Shown: in pieces, positions 28,926-38,399 of the stretch
Numbering within the stretch: the first letter of the stretch is position 1
Layout of the letters: each line of letters opens with the position of its first letter
From: an uncultured Gammaproteobacteria bacterium
Lineage (GTDB): Bacteria > Patescibacteriota > Microgenomatia > UBA8517
Assembly: GCA_964435575.1 (NCBI GenBank)
Contig: CAYSZS010000001.1
Coordinates: 43,206-107,205 of the forward strand
DNA: 64,000 bases
Direction: 5' to 3'
Position numbers and translations under genes: made by a program
The notes under the pieces: model-generated
Told to the model about the DNA's origin: nothing
Databases searched by the model: none
The model's input: only the letters and a program-made list of their open reading frames with translations

Positions 28926-30167
28926 ATGAGAGTAACTTTCTTAATTTTATTAACCTTATTTAACTTAATAAACCCAAAGACTATTTATGCAAGAAACGAA
29001 GATCCTTATTGGCAGATTCAGTCGGTCGATACAATGAAGCTATCGCGCGATCTTGCGAGAGAGAAGATGGATGATTCGGAATTTGAAAAAATTATCTCCC
29101 GAGAAGTTAAAAATATTTCCGGAGTTGGAGCAACCCATGTTGCAATCGCGACGCCTTACGATGATGAGTTTATCCCTTTTATGAAAAAGTGGATAAAAGA
29201 AGCTCGTAAAGACGGTTTAAATGTTTGGTTTAGAGGAAATTTTTCCGGTTGGGAAGGGTGGTTTGGCTACCATCGAATATCTCCGGAAGAACATACTAAT
29301 AAAATAGAGGACTTTATTCTATTGAATCGGGACTTATTTGAAGATGGTGACATTTTTACTCCCTGCACGGAATGCGAGAACGGAGGTTCTGGCGACCCCA
29401 GGGATACAGGAAATATCCAAGGATTCCGCGACTTTTTAATTTCGGAGTACGAAATTTCTAATAGGTCGTTTCAGATGATAGGTAAGGACGTAAAGGGAGG
29501 CTATTTTTCAATGAACGCCGATGTTGCAAAACTTATTATGGATAAAGATACAACAAAAGCACTTGGTGAAATAGTTGTAATAGATCACTATGTTGAAGAT
29601 CCTGAGCAATTGTCGAAGGATGTTGCGGAAATTGCAGAAAAAAGTGATGGTAAAGTCATTTTAGGCGAAATAGGTGTTCCTATACCCGATATTCACGGTT
29701 ATATGACCGCGTCTCAGCAGGCCGATTGGGTACAAAAAGCGCTTTCGCTTTTATCAAGTAAACAGGTACTATTGGGAATTAACTACTGGGTAGCAAGTGG
29801 CGGCACGACTTCGTTATGGTACGATGACGCTTCCGAAAAACCGTCCGTAGAAGTCATTCGGAACTACTTTATCCCGAACGAGTTAAGTGGGAAAGTCGTG
29901 GACGAATTAGGTAAATCTATAAAAGAAGCTGAAGTTATTGCTGGCGCGAAAAACGTAAACACCAACTCGGAAGGGGTATTTAGGATTGACGTAGTTCCTT
30001 CAATCGAAAAATTGCTAATAAAAAATGATGATTATGAGGAAAAGAGTGTTTGGTTAACGGACGCTTTGCCTGACAAAATAATATTAAAAAGGTCCGACGG
30101 AAATGTTTTCTTTAAAATTAAGCTATCAATATATCAGGCTATAAATAAAATAAAAGAGTTACTTTAG
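28926..30167 (+). CDS. Secreted glycoside-hydrolase-like protein (TIM-barrel/GH5-113-like, tentative)
   Basis: Signal peptide present. The segments HVAIATPYDDEFIPFMKKWIKEARKDGLNVWFRGNFSGWEGWFGY and CTECENGG resemble clan GH-A barrels. Weak. Confidence 0.4.
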   Translation: MRVTFLILLTLFNLINPKTIYARNEDPYWQIQSVDTMKLSRDLAREKMDDSEFEKIISREVKNISGVGATHVAIATPYDDEFIPFMKKWIKEARKDGLNVWFRGNFSGWEGWFGYHRISPEEHTNKIEDFILLNRDLFEDGDIFTPCTECENGGSGDPRDTGNIQGFRDFLISEYEISNRSFQMIGKDVKGGYFSMNADVAKLIMDKDTTKALGEIVVIDHYVEDPEQLSKDVAEIAEKSDGKVILGEIGVPIPDIHGYMTASQQADWVQKALSLLSSKQVLLGINYWVASGGTTSLWYDDASEKPSVEVIRNYFIPNELSGKVVDELGKSIKEAEVIAGAKNVNTNSEGVFRIDVVPSIEKLLIKNDDYEEKSVWLTDALPDKIILKRSDGNVFFKIKLSIYQAINKIKELL

Positions 30168-30932
30168 TAAATCCGGCCTTTTTTGTTTTGTTTTTTCGAA
30201 AGCTTTTTCCTTTCTCCATTTTTCGATTTCTTTGTGATTTCCGGAAAGTAATACTTCGGGGACTTTCCAATCATTATAATTTTCGGGTCTGGTGTATTGT
30301 GGAAAGCCTAAAAGCCTTGGTACTCCCGGGCTATCAAAGTCTGAAAAAGATTCTTTTTTAAGAGACTCTTCTTTTCCGATTACTCCGGGGACTAATCGGA
30401 CTATCGCATCAGTTATGACCATTGCTGGAAGTTCTCCGCCGGTTAGTACATAATCGCCAATTGAGATTTCTTCGTCAACCAAGTGTACCCTTACCCTCTC
30501 GTCAATGCCCTTATAATGTCCGGAAATTAAAATAAGATGTTCGTATTTTGCCAATCTTTCTGCTTCCTTCTGATTAAAAGTTTTCCCGGCAGCGTCGAGG
30601 AGGATGACTTTAGGTAATTGATAATTAGTAATCAGTAATTTGGTTTTTTTGCTTGACTCTCGAAGCTTTAGCGAAGTGGGGTTCTTTAGTTCTTTAGTTC
30701 TTTCGTTCTTCAGTTCGTGCAGAGCACGGTCAATCGGTTCTACCATCAAAACCATTCCGGGTCCTCCACCAAAGGGCCTGTCGTCAACCATTTTGTGTTT
30801 ATCTTGCGCCCAATCTCTAATATTATGGGTATTAACTTCGACTAAGCCTTTCTCACGAGCCCTTTTGATAATACTTTCATCAAACGGTCCCTTAAACATT
30901 TCAGGGAAAAGTGTCAAAATATCAATTTTCAT
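30159..30932 (-). CDS. trmD: tRNA (guanine37-N1)-methyltransferase
   Basis: MKIDILTLFPEMFKGPFDESIIKRAREKGL ... DDRPFGGGPGMVLMVEPIDRAL is the canonical TrmD sequence. It contains a low-complexity insertion encoded by an 8-bp tandem repeat. Confidence 0.9.
   Translation of the reverse strand: MKIDILTLFPEMFKGPFDESIIKRAREKGLVEVNTHNIRDWAQDKHKMVDDRPFGGGPGMVLMVEPIDRALHELKNERTKELKNPTSLKLRESSKKTKLLITNYQLPKVILLDAAGKTFNQKEAERLAKYEHLILISGHYKGIDERVRVHLVDEEISIGDYVLTGGELPAMVITDAIVRLVPGVIGKEESLKKESFSDFDSPGVPRLLGFPQYTRPENYNDWKVPEVLLSGNHKEIEKWRKEKAFEKTKQKRPDLLK
30681..30717 (+). repeat. 8-bp tandem repeat (GTTCTTTA-like x4.5) inside trmD, read on the + strand
   Basis: gttcttta gttcttta gttctttc gttcttca gttcg. 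It encodes the insertion ELKNERTKELKN on the minus strand. Confidence 0.75.
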
Positions 30933-31738
30933 TGCAATGGACTTTTTATATTTTTAAGTTTTGGATTAGTTACTTTAGTATACACTTGGGTGGTTCTGAT
31001 GTTTGCATGACCTAGAAGTTCTTGGACATAGCGAACATCAACACCATTTTCCAAAAGGTGGGTAGCAAAACTATGCCGCAGCGAATGAAAAGTTGCGGGT
31101 TTAGTGATGACCGCCTTTTTTAATGCATTAGAAAAAACTTTTTGTGCGGTACGGACATTTAATTTTCCTCCGCGTTCACTTTCAAATACCAAATCATTTT
31201 TTTTCTTACCCGCAAGCAGATTTTTCAAATCATTCACCAAGGTGGAGGGCATGACCGTGATCCTGTCCTTATTACCCTTTGCTGATTTGAGATGTATGAT
31301 TAACTCTTCCAGATCAACATCTTTCACCTTAAGATTTATAACCTCGCTCACTCTTAATCCCGCACCATAGGATAGTGAAATAAGGAGTTTGTGCTTATTA
31401 TTTTTTATCGAGTTAATGAGTTTGCGTATTTCTGTTCTTGGTAAAACAACGGGTAATCTTTTATGTCTTTTGGCATAAGGAAATGGGAAAGAAATCGGCT
31501 TTTTATATATTTTTGTTATGACAAACTTAAATGCGGCGTGATACTGATTTACGGTAAAAGCAGATTTTCTTTTTTTTATTAAATTATCCAAGAAATGACC
31601 GAATTCATCGGAGGATATTGTACTGAGGGGTCTTTTGAAATGATTGTAGATTTTTCTGACGCAGGAGGTGTATGCTTTGATTGTCTTTGGACTATATCCT
31701 GAAATACGCATGTATTCTTGAAGTCTTTGGATCAGCAT
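30929..31738 (-). CDS. Tyrosine recombinase (XerC/XerD-like, phage-integrase family)
   Basis: The C-terminal catalytic motifs are HSLRHSFATHLLENGVDVRYVQELLGHANIRTTQVYTKV (R...HxxR...Y). It overlaps trmD by 4 nt. Confidence 0.8.
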   Translation of the reverse strand: MLIQRLQEYMRISGYSPKTIKAYTSCVRKIYNHFKRPLSTISSDEFGHFLDNLIKKRKSAFTVNQYHAAFKFVITKIYKKPISFPFPYAKRHKRLPVVLPRTEIRKLINSIKNNKHKLLISLSYGAGLRVSEVINLKVKDVDLEELIIHLKSAKGNKDRITVMPSTLVNDLKNLLAGKKKNDLVFESERGGKLNVRTAQKVFSNALKKAVITKPATFHSLRHSFATHLLENGVDVRYVQELLGHANIRTTQVYTKVTNPKLKNIKSPLQ

Positions 31739-31864
31739 GATAGTATATTATCATAGTTAAGACGTTTATACGACCTCTAAATCGTATAAACACTAGTTAG
31801 CCAAAATTGAGAGCCCGCCTTAACAAGAGAAGCTTTTATCAATCACTGGATTGCTATAAATATT

Positions 31865-32413
31865 ATGAAGAAGCCTGTTTTAATTGTATTATTCCTAACG
31901 CTCATCTTTGTTGGTTTATACTTATTTTTGACAGAGAATAATGAAAGAGGCAAGGGTAACGACGAGAAATTGTTGAGGTCTCACTATGCTGGAGTAGATT
32001 GTAGTAAGTTATTTGGTAACACTATACGACCTAATAACGATGTTGTAGAAACCCGCAAATCAGTTTGTGCAGCCGAAAGGGCTTGGTTTGAAAATGATTC
32101 TGACTTTTGTAAGCTTCACGATGATCCTGACCACTGTTATGGATGGATGACAATTAAAACAGGCGATTTAAATTTGTGTCGTTCTAAGAATAAAAAGACA
32201 GGATACTTTTGGATAGAAGATAAATTGATAGACGGTGAAAAATCCAACTCTTGGTTATATGATTGCTACAGAGCAACTGCTAACTGGAGAAATGATCTTA
32301 GTATATGTGGACAGATTCCTTATAAAAGTAGTGATTTACTACAGGAGTGCAAGAGTACTTCTTCTGGTTGGAACAATCATTATTCTAAATATTCAGATTT
32401 TTCACCGATATGA
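31865..32413 (+). CDS. Secreted Cys-rich hypothetical protein
   Basis: Signal peptide or N-terminal TM segment, and at least 8 Cys residues. No recognised family. Confidence 0.4.
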   Translation: MKKPVLIVLFLTLIFVGLYLFLTENNERGKGNDEKLLRSHYAGVDCSKLFGNTIRPNNDVVETRKSVCAAERAWFENDSDFCKLHDDPDHCYGWMTIKTGDLNLCRSKNKKTGYFWIEDKLIDGEKSNSWLYDCYRATANWRNDLSICGQIPYKSSDLLQECKSTSSGWNNHYSKYSDFSPI

Positions 32414-32582
32414 TTAAGATGGGCTCTCAACTCAAGGGGGTGCTGCGCTTTGCTTCCGCTAAGCTCCAGCAACCCTCGCCTAACACAGTATATGCGGTTC
32501 GCTCATTGCACCCTGCCTACCGGCAGGCAGGTTCGCTCTCCCAAATTTGCCTTATTTTTTATTATTTAGTACAATAGTGCTT

Positions 32583-32846
32583 ATGAACTACAAAGATATA
32601 ATTAGTATCGAACCGGGTAAACGTGGTGGACAACCTACTATCCGCGGTATGCGTATTACGGTTTATGATGTTTTAAAGATGCTTGCCTCAGGCATGAGCG
32701 AAAAGGAAATTTTAAGTGATTTTCCTGAGTTAACCAAAGAGGATATTAGGGCGGTTTTGTCTTATGCCTCGGAAAGAGAGCATTCTCTAACTACCGCAAG
32801 CCATGAAGTTACTTTTGGATCAAAACATCTCGCACAAGCTGGTTAA
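32583..32846 (+). CDS. DUF433 domain protein (antitoxin-like)
   Basis: PGKRGGQPTIRGMRITVYDVLKMLASGMSEKEILSDFPELTKEDIRAVLSYA fits the DUF433 signature. The start is taken at the second ATG (MNYKD). The 3' end overlaps the next gene. Confidence 0.65.
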   Translation: MNYKDIISIEPGKRGGQPTIRGMRITVYDVLKMLASGMSEKEILSDFPELTKEDIRAVLSYASEREHSLTTASHEVTFGSKHLAQAG

Positions 32847-33135
32847 AGAGCTTGAAGATTTATTTCCAAGATCAAACCACGTTTACCTTCTTGATTTACC
32901 GAAGGCTTCTGATGAGGAAATATGGAATTACGCTCGTGATAATGGCTTTACCATTGTAACTCAAGACTCTGATTTCAACGAAAGAAGCCTTATTTACGGA
33001 TATCCGCCTAAAGTAATTTGGCTTCGGACCAGTAACGTTTCCACTCAAAATACCAAACGTTTATTGAAGGAACACAGTCAAGATATTTTATTGTTTGAAA
33101 AAGATAAAACCTTGGGCTGTCTGCAGATTTACTAG
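32803..33135 (+). CDS. DUF5615-like PIN-type protein (toxin-like partner of DUF433)
   Basis: MKLLLDQNISHKLVKELEDLFP...DEEIWNYARDNGFTIVTQDSDF. This is the typical DUF433/DUF5615 gene-pair arrangement. Confidence 0.6.
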   Translation: MKLLLDQNISHKLVKELEDLFPRSNHVYLLDLPKASDEEIWNYARDNGFTIVTQDSDFNERSLIYGYPPKVIWLRTSNVSTQNTKRLLKEHSQDILLFEKDKTLGCLQIY

Positions 33136-33350
33136 TTTCAAAGAGGGAAAAATAAGGCAAACTTCCCATATACCGATACATTAGCCAAAGTGGCTCGCTC
33201 AACTTACTATAGTTTATTGCATTCCTCTGCGAAAACCTCCGAGTCTGACTCGTGGAATGAAGCAAGAATCCTCTCTTGGCGATAAGAAACTACGGACTTT
33301 AGTCCGTGGAGTTTCCTTAGGTGAACGAAAGGGAGTAAAATCGTATATAA

Positions 33351-33767
33351 ATGAATAAAAATTTGGGATTAAGTAAAAAATATTTGGTATTGTCAGCTTT
33401 TTTTCTGACTGGCGTTGCTCTTTGTCTTCTTTCATCGGTCATAGTAATGAGCGTAGGCTGTGGGTTTATAAAAATTTTAGATTGTGGTTACTATGCAGGT
33501 TTTCCGGTTCCATATGCTAAGTTTGATGAAAAAGCAATTAAGTTAGAAAATAATCGTCTCCTGATAAGCCCGACCTTATACTATAAATACAAATTTTCCC
33601 CCATAAAAAACGACCAAATTTTTGCCAGAGAGTTTTTGTCGGACGGAATTCTAATACCAATTTTTCTATTAGATCTAACCCTCTATAAAGTTAATATTTT
33701 ACTTTTTGTTTTAAATATTTTGTTGTGGTTAGTACCTTCCGGGTTTTTGATTGGGGTTTTTTTCTGA
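33351..33767 (+). CDS. Hypothetical membrane protein
   Basis: Two hydrophobic segments (N-terminal and C-terminal). No motifs. Confidence 0.35.
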   Translation: MNKNLGLSKKYLVLSAFFLTGVALCLLSSVIVMSVGCGFIKILDCGYYAGFPVPYAKFDEKAIKLENNRLLISPTLYYKYKFSPIKNDQIFAREFLSDGILIPIFLLDLTLYKVNILLFVLNILLWLVPSGFLIGVFF

Positions 33768-33877
33768 AAAAAGGACTGGAAGTTGAAGGATGGTTTGCCT
33801 TTTTTTGGCTGCACCTAATATATTTTTACTATAAGATTATTAGTGATAGAACGTAAATACACCAATAAGGTGTTTTT

Positions 33878-34921
33878 TTGTGCCTGAATATGAAAGAGAA
33901 ACAGGGAAAAAGTTTGATTAAGAAATTATTAGTTTATAGGAAAAGATTGATAATACTTGCAATTGTTTTGTCGGCAGGATTTTTAATCTGGAAGTTTGCT
34001 TTAGGTAAGAAAGAAGAAATTGAAACAACGAAAATCGAAAGAGGAACTGTTTCCGAAGAGCTTGTACTTTCGGGAGAAATTTCCGCTGATGAATACGCAA
34101 AACTTACCTTTCCTACTTCAGGGAAAATTTCTTGGGTAGGAGTTTCTGAAGGAAACGAAGTGAAGCGCGGGCAAGCTTTGGCTAAACTTGATACGACTGT
34201 TCTAAACGCAGCTTTTCAACAAGCAAGAGCAGCTTTACGTGCAGCTGAGGCAACCGTCGAGAAAGTTCACGACCAAGTGAAAGATCACGCAGGTGATGAA
34301 ACATTTACTCAAAAGGATACTCGTACAGCCGCAGAAGCAGCCAAAGACGAAGCCTATGACGCTTATATTGCTGCAGAATACAACTTAAGAAATTCCACCC
34401 TAACATCACCCTTTGCAGGAATTGTGACTTTTTTGGCACACCCCTTTTCGGGTGTCAATGTTTTGGTAACCGAAACTCAAGTTGAAGTGATAAATCCTGA
34501 TACAATTTATTTTGACGTTTCTGCAGATCAAACAGAAGTGGGTGATTTATCCATTGATCAGAAAGTGAAAATTATTTTAGATTCCATGCCTGATGAAGAG
34601 CTTTCTGGCTACGTTGATTTTATAAGTTATACGCCTCGTTCTGGCGAAGTGGGAACGGTTTATAAAGTAAAAGTGAAATTTGACGGAAAACTAGATGTTA
34701 AAAAGTACAGGATAGGAATGAGTGGAGACGCAAGTTTTATTCTGTCAGAAAAAGAGAGTATTTTGTATCTTCCGCCAAAATTTGTCAAAAGCGATTCTCA
34801 AGGAAAGTATGTGAAACTTGGAAAGAAAAATAATAAAACGTATATTGAGGTGGGGATAGAAGGAGAGGATAAGATCGAGATAAAAGGAGATATTAAAGAG
34901 GGAGATATAGTTTTTGATTAA
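33878..34921 (+). CDS. Efflux transporter periplasmic adaptor subunit (MacA/HlyD family)
   Basis: N-terminal TM segment, a coiled-coil region (LAKLDTTVLNAAFQQARAALRAAEATVEK) and C-terminal beta-barrel motifs. It lies upstream of the MacB-type ABC genes. Confidence 0.8.
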   Translation: MCLNMKEKQGKSLIKKLLVYRKRLIILAIVLSAGFLIWKFALGKKEEIETTKIERGTVSEELVLSGEISADEYAKLTFPTSGKISWVGVSEGNEVKRGQALAKLDTTVLNAAFQQARAALRAAEATVEKVHDQVKDHAGDETFTQKDTRTAAEAAKDEAYDAYIAAEYNLRNSTLTSPFAGIVTFLAHPFSGVNVLVTETQVEVINPDTIYFDVSADQTEVGDLSIDQKVKIILDSMPDEELSGYVDFISYTPRSGEVGTVYKVKVKFDGKLDVKKYRIGMSGDASFILSEKESILYLPPKFVKSDSQGKYVKLGKKNNKTYIEVGIEGEDKIEIKGDIKEGDIVFD

Positions 34922-34995
34922 CTCGACCCGAATCCACTAATAAACGCCCGAATGACCCTAATAAAAATAATATTCGGATATTTGAGTCGCTTATT

Positions 34996-35673
34996 ATGAT
35001 TAAGCTTCAAAATGTCTGTAAATCGTATTTTTTGGGAGATACCGAAGTAAAGGCGGTCTGCGATATTAATTTAGAGATTAAAGATAAAGAATTTATCGGA
35101 ATTTTGGGATCTTCAGGAAGCGGTAAGTCTACTTTAATGTATCTTATCGGACTTTTGGAGCACCCCACTTCTGGAAAAATATTCTTGGATGGAAATGACG
35201 TGTCAAAGCTTACTGATAGCGAGCTTTCGAAGATTAGAAATAAGACAGTCGGCTTTGTTTTTCAATCTTTTAATTTGATAAATAAGTACACGGTTTTCGA
35301 GAATGTTCTGCTTCCGACGAAGTATGCGAGGGAAATTCTCGATTTTAATGTAAGGGAAAGGGTTGAGGAACTTTTGAAAAAATTCGGGATTTGGGACAGA
35401 CGAGACTTTTTTCCGAATAAAATTTCAGGCGGTCAACAGCAGAGGGTAGCGATAGTGAGAGCTCTTATGATGAAACCCAAAATTATCATGGCCGACGAGC
35501 CGACTGGAAATTTAGACAGTAAAACTGGAGATGAAATTTTGAATATTTTGGAAAGTTTGAATAAGGATTTCGGAGTTACGGTCATTTTGGTTACTCACGA
35601 GAAGGAAGTGGCGGCAAGAACCAAAAGAGAGATTTATATCAGGGACGGGAAAATTGTGAAGAAATATTTATAG
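34996..35673 (+). CDS. ABC transporter ATP-binding protein (MacB/LolD/FtsE type)
   Basis: Walker A GILGSSGSGKST, signature LSGGQQQRVAIVRAL and Walker B IIMADEPTGNLD. Confidence 0.9.
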   Translation: MIKLQNVCKSYFLGDTEVKAVCDINLEIKDKEFIGILGSSGSGKSTLMYLIGLLEHPTSGKIFLDGNDVSKLTDSELSKIRNKTVGFVFQSFNLINKYTVFENVLLPTKYAREILDFNVRERVEELLKKFGIWDRRDFFPNKISGGQQQRVAIVRALMMKPKIIMADEPTGNLDSKTGDEILNILESLNKDFGVTVILVTHEKEVAARTKREIYIRDGKIVKKYL

Positions 35674-35676
35674 GGT

Positions 35677-36894
35677 ATGAAAATACAAAACGGCTACCTC
35701 GATTTATTTAAAGCGGCTATGGCTGACTTTAAAAGGAGTAAAATCAGAACTTTTCTAACTTCACTTGGAATAATGATCGGGGTTTTGTCGGTCGTACTTT
35801 TAATTGCTTTGGGACTTGGACTTAAAAATTATTTGGCACAACAATTCGAGAGCTTGGGAGCCAACTTAATAATTATTTTCCCGGGAAATATCTCGTCAAG
35901 CGAAGAGGGTGGGGGTTTGGGTAATTTCGGAGCCGGTTTTGCCGGAGGAGCAAATTTTGATGAAAAAGACTACACCAACTTAACTCGCATTCAGGAGGCT
36001 GATTATGTAGTTCCTCTTTTTATGAAGAGTAGCGTTATAGAGAGCGAGGGTGAGCGAAAGTTGGGTTATTTGATGGGCAGTAGCGAGGATTCTTTTAAAA
36101 TTTTAAATTTGGAGATTTTGGAAGGTGAATTCTTTACAAAGGGCGATGTTTTGGGAAGGGCAAAAAAAGCGGTTTTGGGAGAATCATTGGCTACCAATCT
36201 TTACGAGGCACCTCAAGATGCAGTTGGAAAAACCATAAGAGTTTCAGACCAAAGGTTTAAAGTAATGGGAGTCTATAAGAAAAAGGGTGACAGAGAGCAG
36301 GATAATGCGGCAGTTGTTCCTTATCGAACTACGTTTGGTACATTAAACCCCGATGAAACTTTTTTTACGATATATTTGGGAACAAGGGATGAGGGAGATA
36401 TTGAAGTTGTAAAAGAGAAGGCTAAGGAGATTCTACTCAAGCGTTATGAGACAGACGATTTCACTGTTACGGAGCAGTCGGAACTTTTATCAACAATTAA
36501 CCAGATATTTAATATTGTAAACGGCGTTTTGATTGCCATTGGTTCAATATCTTTACTGGTTGGAGGAATTGGAATCATGAACATTATGTATGCAACGGTT
36601 ACGGAGCGGACGAAAGAAGTTGGAATAAGGCGCGCGGTTGGGGCAACAGAAAGGGATATATTAAGCCAATTTTTAGCCGAGGCGGTTTTACTTTCAGTTT
36701 TTGGAGGTCTTCTGGGACTTATTCTGGCATCTTTTATTGTTCTTGGAGTCAGGCAGTTTTTCCCGGCGTCCATTAATTTATTAGCAGTTCTTATATCTCT
36801 TTTTGTTTCTTCAGGAATAGGAATATTTTTCGGCGTTTTTCCCGCCCGCCGCGCCGCCAAACTCCCACCTATTGAGGCAATAAGATATGAATAA
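35677..36894 (+). CDS. ABC transporter permease (MacB/FtsX family with a periplasmic domain)
   Basis: N-terminal TM segment, a large periplasmic domain and three C-terminal TM helices (FtsX-like). Length 405 aa. Confidence 0.85.
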   Translation: MKIQNGYLDLFKAAMADFKRSKIRTFLTSLGIMIGVLSVVLLIALGLGLKNYLAQQFESLGANLIIIFPGNISSSEEGGGLGNFGAGFAGGANFDEKDYTNLTRIQEADYVVPLFMKSSVIESEGERKLGYLMGSSEDSFKILNLEILEGEFFTKGDVLGRAKKAVLGESLATNLYEAPQDAVGKTIRVSDQRFKVMGVYKKKGDREQDNAAVVPYRTTFGTLNPDETFFTIYLGTRDEGDIEVVKEKAKEILLKRYETDDFTVTEQSELLSTINQIFNIVNGVLIAIGSISLLVGGIGIMNIMYATVTERTKEVGIRRAVGATERDILSQFLAEAVLLSVFGGLLGLILASFIVLGVRQFFPASINLLAVLISLFVSSGIGIFFGVFPARRAAKLPPIEAIRYE

Positions 36895-36936
36895 CCCCCT
36901 TGTTTTTCGTTTTCACAATCTGTTACGATTGAGAAG

Positions 36937-38151
36937 ATGGAAAAAATAGTAGTTGTAATGCCGGCTTGGAATGAGGAGGATAACATCAGCAAAATGATTA
37001 GGGAGTTGGTTGATGGTGAATTTCCGAAAATTAATGCCGAGATGCATCTTCTGGTTGTAGATAACCATTCTAAGGACAGAACCGAAGAGATTGTAAAAGA
37101 AGCTTCGAAAACGCGTAATAATGTCCACGTAATCCAGCAGGGTGACAGATCGGGGTTGGGCTGGGCGTATATTAATGGATTTAAGTATGCGATGAAAGAG
37201 TTGGGTGCAGACGCTGTAATGGAAATGGATGCGGATTTTCAGCATCCGCCGAGATTTGTTAAACCGATGGTCGAAGCGTATCTTCAAGGAGCAGATTACG
37301 TTATAGGCTCCCGTTATATTCAGGGCGGTTCAATTCCTAAAGAGTGGGCTTTATTTCGAAAAGCAATAAGTTATTTTGGCAATTTATTTATAAGGATCGT
37401 ACTTCTTAAGCCGAAAATTCATGATTTGACTACGGGTTTCAGATTGACAAGAGTTAAAGGCGTTTTAGAAAATATGGATTTGGATAACTTGATGGAACCT
37501 GGTAGATTTGCACACAAAGTTGACTTACTTTATCAGGCTATTAAAAACTCCAAAAAGACGGTTGAAGTTCCATTGGAGTTTGCTTCAAGAACTCAAGAAA
37601 AATCTAAATTCAATACCAAAGAAATGATCGCGACGTTTAAAGTCGCGATCATTTTAGGAATAAAAGATAAACAAAGGTTTATAAAGTTTGGCACGGTTGG
37701 GTTTGTCGGGTACCTGGTTAATGCGATAGCACTGGAGTTATTTGCGGGCACTAGTGTCACGTTAAGTCTGGCGAATGTTTTTATAGGTTTGAGAAACACA
37801 CCCTTAGCGTTTATAGCCGAATCTTCAGCATGGGCAGCCGCTTTTGCGGCTGAGCTCGCGATTATTAATAATTTTATATTTAACAACATCTGGACATTCA
37901 AAGAAAAGAAAATTACAGGGTTCTTCGCAATAATCAAAAAATTTTTAGCGTTTAACTTATCAACTGTTGGTGCCATAGTCATACAATTTATTGTAATTGG
38001 TATAATGGTTTTAGTTCTTGGAGATACAAGACTAATAAGACAGCTGGGAATTTTGGTAGCAATGCCGTTGGTACTTTCGTACAATTACGTGATGTATAAT
38101 CTCTTCATTTGGAAAACATGGAATTTAGCGAAAATATTCAGGAAGAAGTAG
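36937..38151 (+). CDS. Fusion protein. A GT2 polyprenyl-phosphate sugar synthase (DPM1/GtrB-like) is joined to a C-terminal GtrA-like 4-TM flippase module.
   Basis: GT2 part: VVMPAWNEEDNI, VVDNHSKDRT and EMDADFQHPP. C-terminal part: FIKFGTVGFVGYLVNAIALELF ... NNIWTFKEK, which carries the GtrA-family NxxWTF hallmark. Confidence 0.8.
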   Translation: MEKIVVVMPAWNEEDNISKMIRELVDGEFPKINAEMHLLVVDNHSKDRTEEIVKEASKTRNNVHVIQQGDRSGLGWAYINGFKYAMKELGADAVMEMDADFQHPPRFVKPMVEAYLQGADYVIGSRYIQGGSIPKEWALFRKAISYFGNLFIRIVLLKPKIHDLTTGFRLTRVKGVLENMDLDNLMEPGRFAHKVDLLYQAIKNSKKTVEVPLEFASRTQEKSKFNTKEMIATFKVAIILGIKDKQRFIKFGTVGFVGYLVNAIALELFAGTSVTLSLANVFIGLRNTPLAFIAESSAWAAAFAAELAIINNFIFNNIWTFKEKKITGFFAIIKKFLAFNLSTVGAIVIQFIVIGIMVLVLGDTRLIRQLGILVAMPLVLSYNYVMYNLFIWKTWNLAKIFRKK

Positions 38152-38350
38152 TTTGACTATCAAACGCTGGCGAAGATGCTTCATATATAATTTCTGATTG
38201 ACCTAGCGCGTTTCTTGGCGGGCAGTTTGGTTCTGGACATTTTGGTCTTGGGGGAAGATGTAACGTGTTACAGTGTTGACAATTGGTCCCTTCCAAACGC
38301 AATAACGGTCCTTTTAACCTCCACCACCGGGCAGGCGAATATTCAGACAT
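38138..38350 (-). CDS. Small Zn-ribbon ORF (DUF35_N/rubredoxin-like C-x2-C ... PPR-x2-C-x4-C), 70 aa
   Basis: TNCQHCNTLHLPPRPKCPEPNC. It lies in a locally GC-rich spacer. It may be a spurious ORF over a structured intergenic region. Confidence 0.3.
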   Translation of the reverse strand: MSEYSPARWWRLKGPLLRLEGTNCQHCNTLHLPPRPKCPEPNCPPRNALGQSEIIYEASSPAFDSQTTSS

Positions 38351-38399
38351 TTAATTATTAGTCGTGAAGCGATTGGAAAACACTCGTTAACAGATTAAC

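Noticed and set aside
32421-32545. GC-rich 125-nt element considered as a possible tRNA or SRP/tmRNA fragment
   Set aside because: It has no tRNA cloverleaf, no T-loop GTTCRA consensus and no SRP domain-IV motif. It is kept only as an unexplained structured element within the accessory-patch finding.
36444-38084. Large antisense ORFs (182, 124 and 163 aa) within the macB permease and GT2-GtrA genes
   Set aside because: The sense-strand genes have clear family motifs. The antisense ORFs have none.
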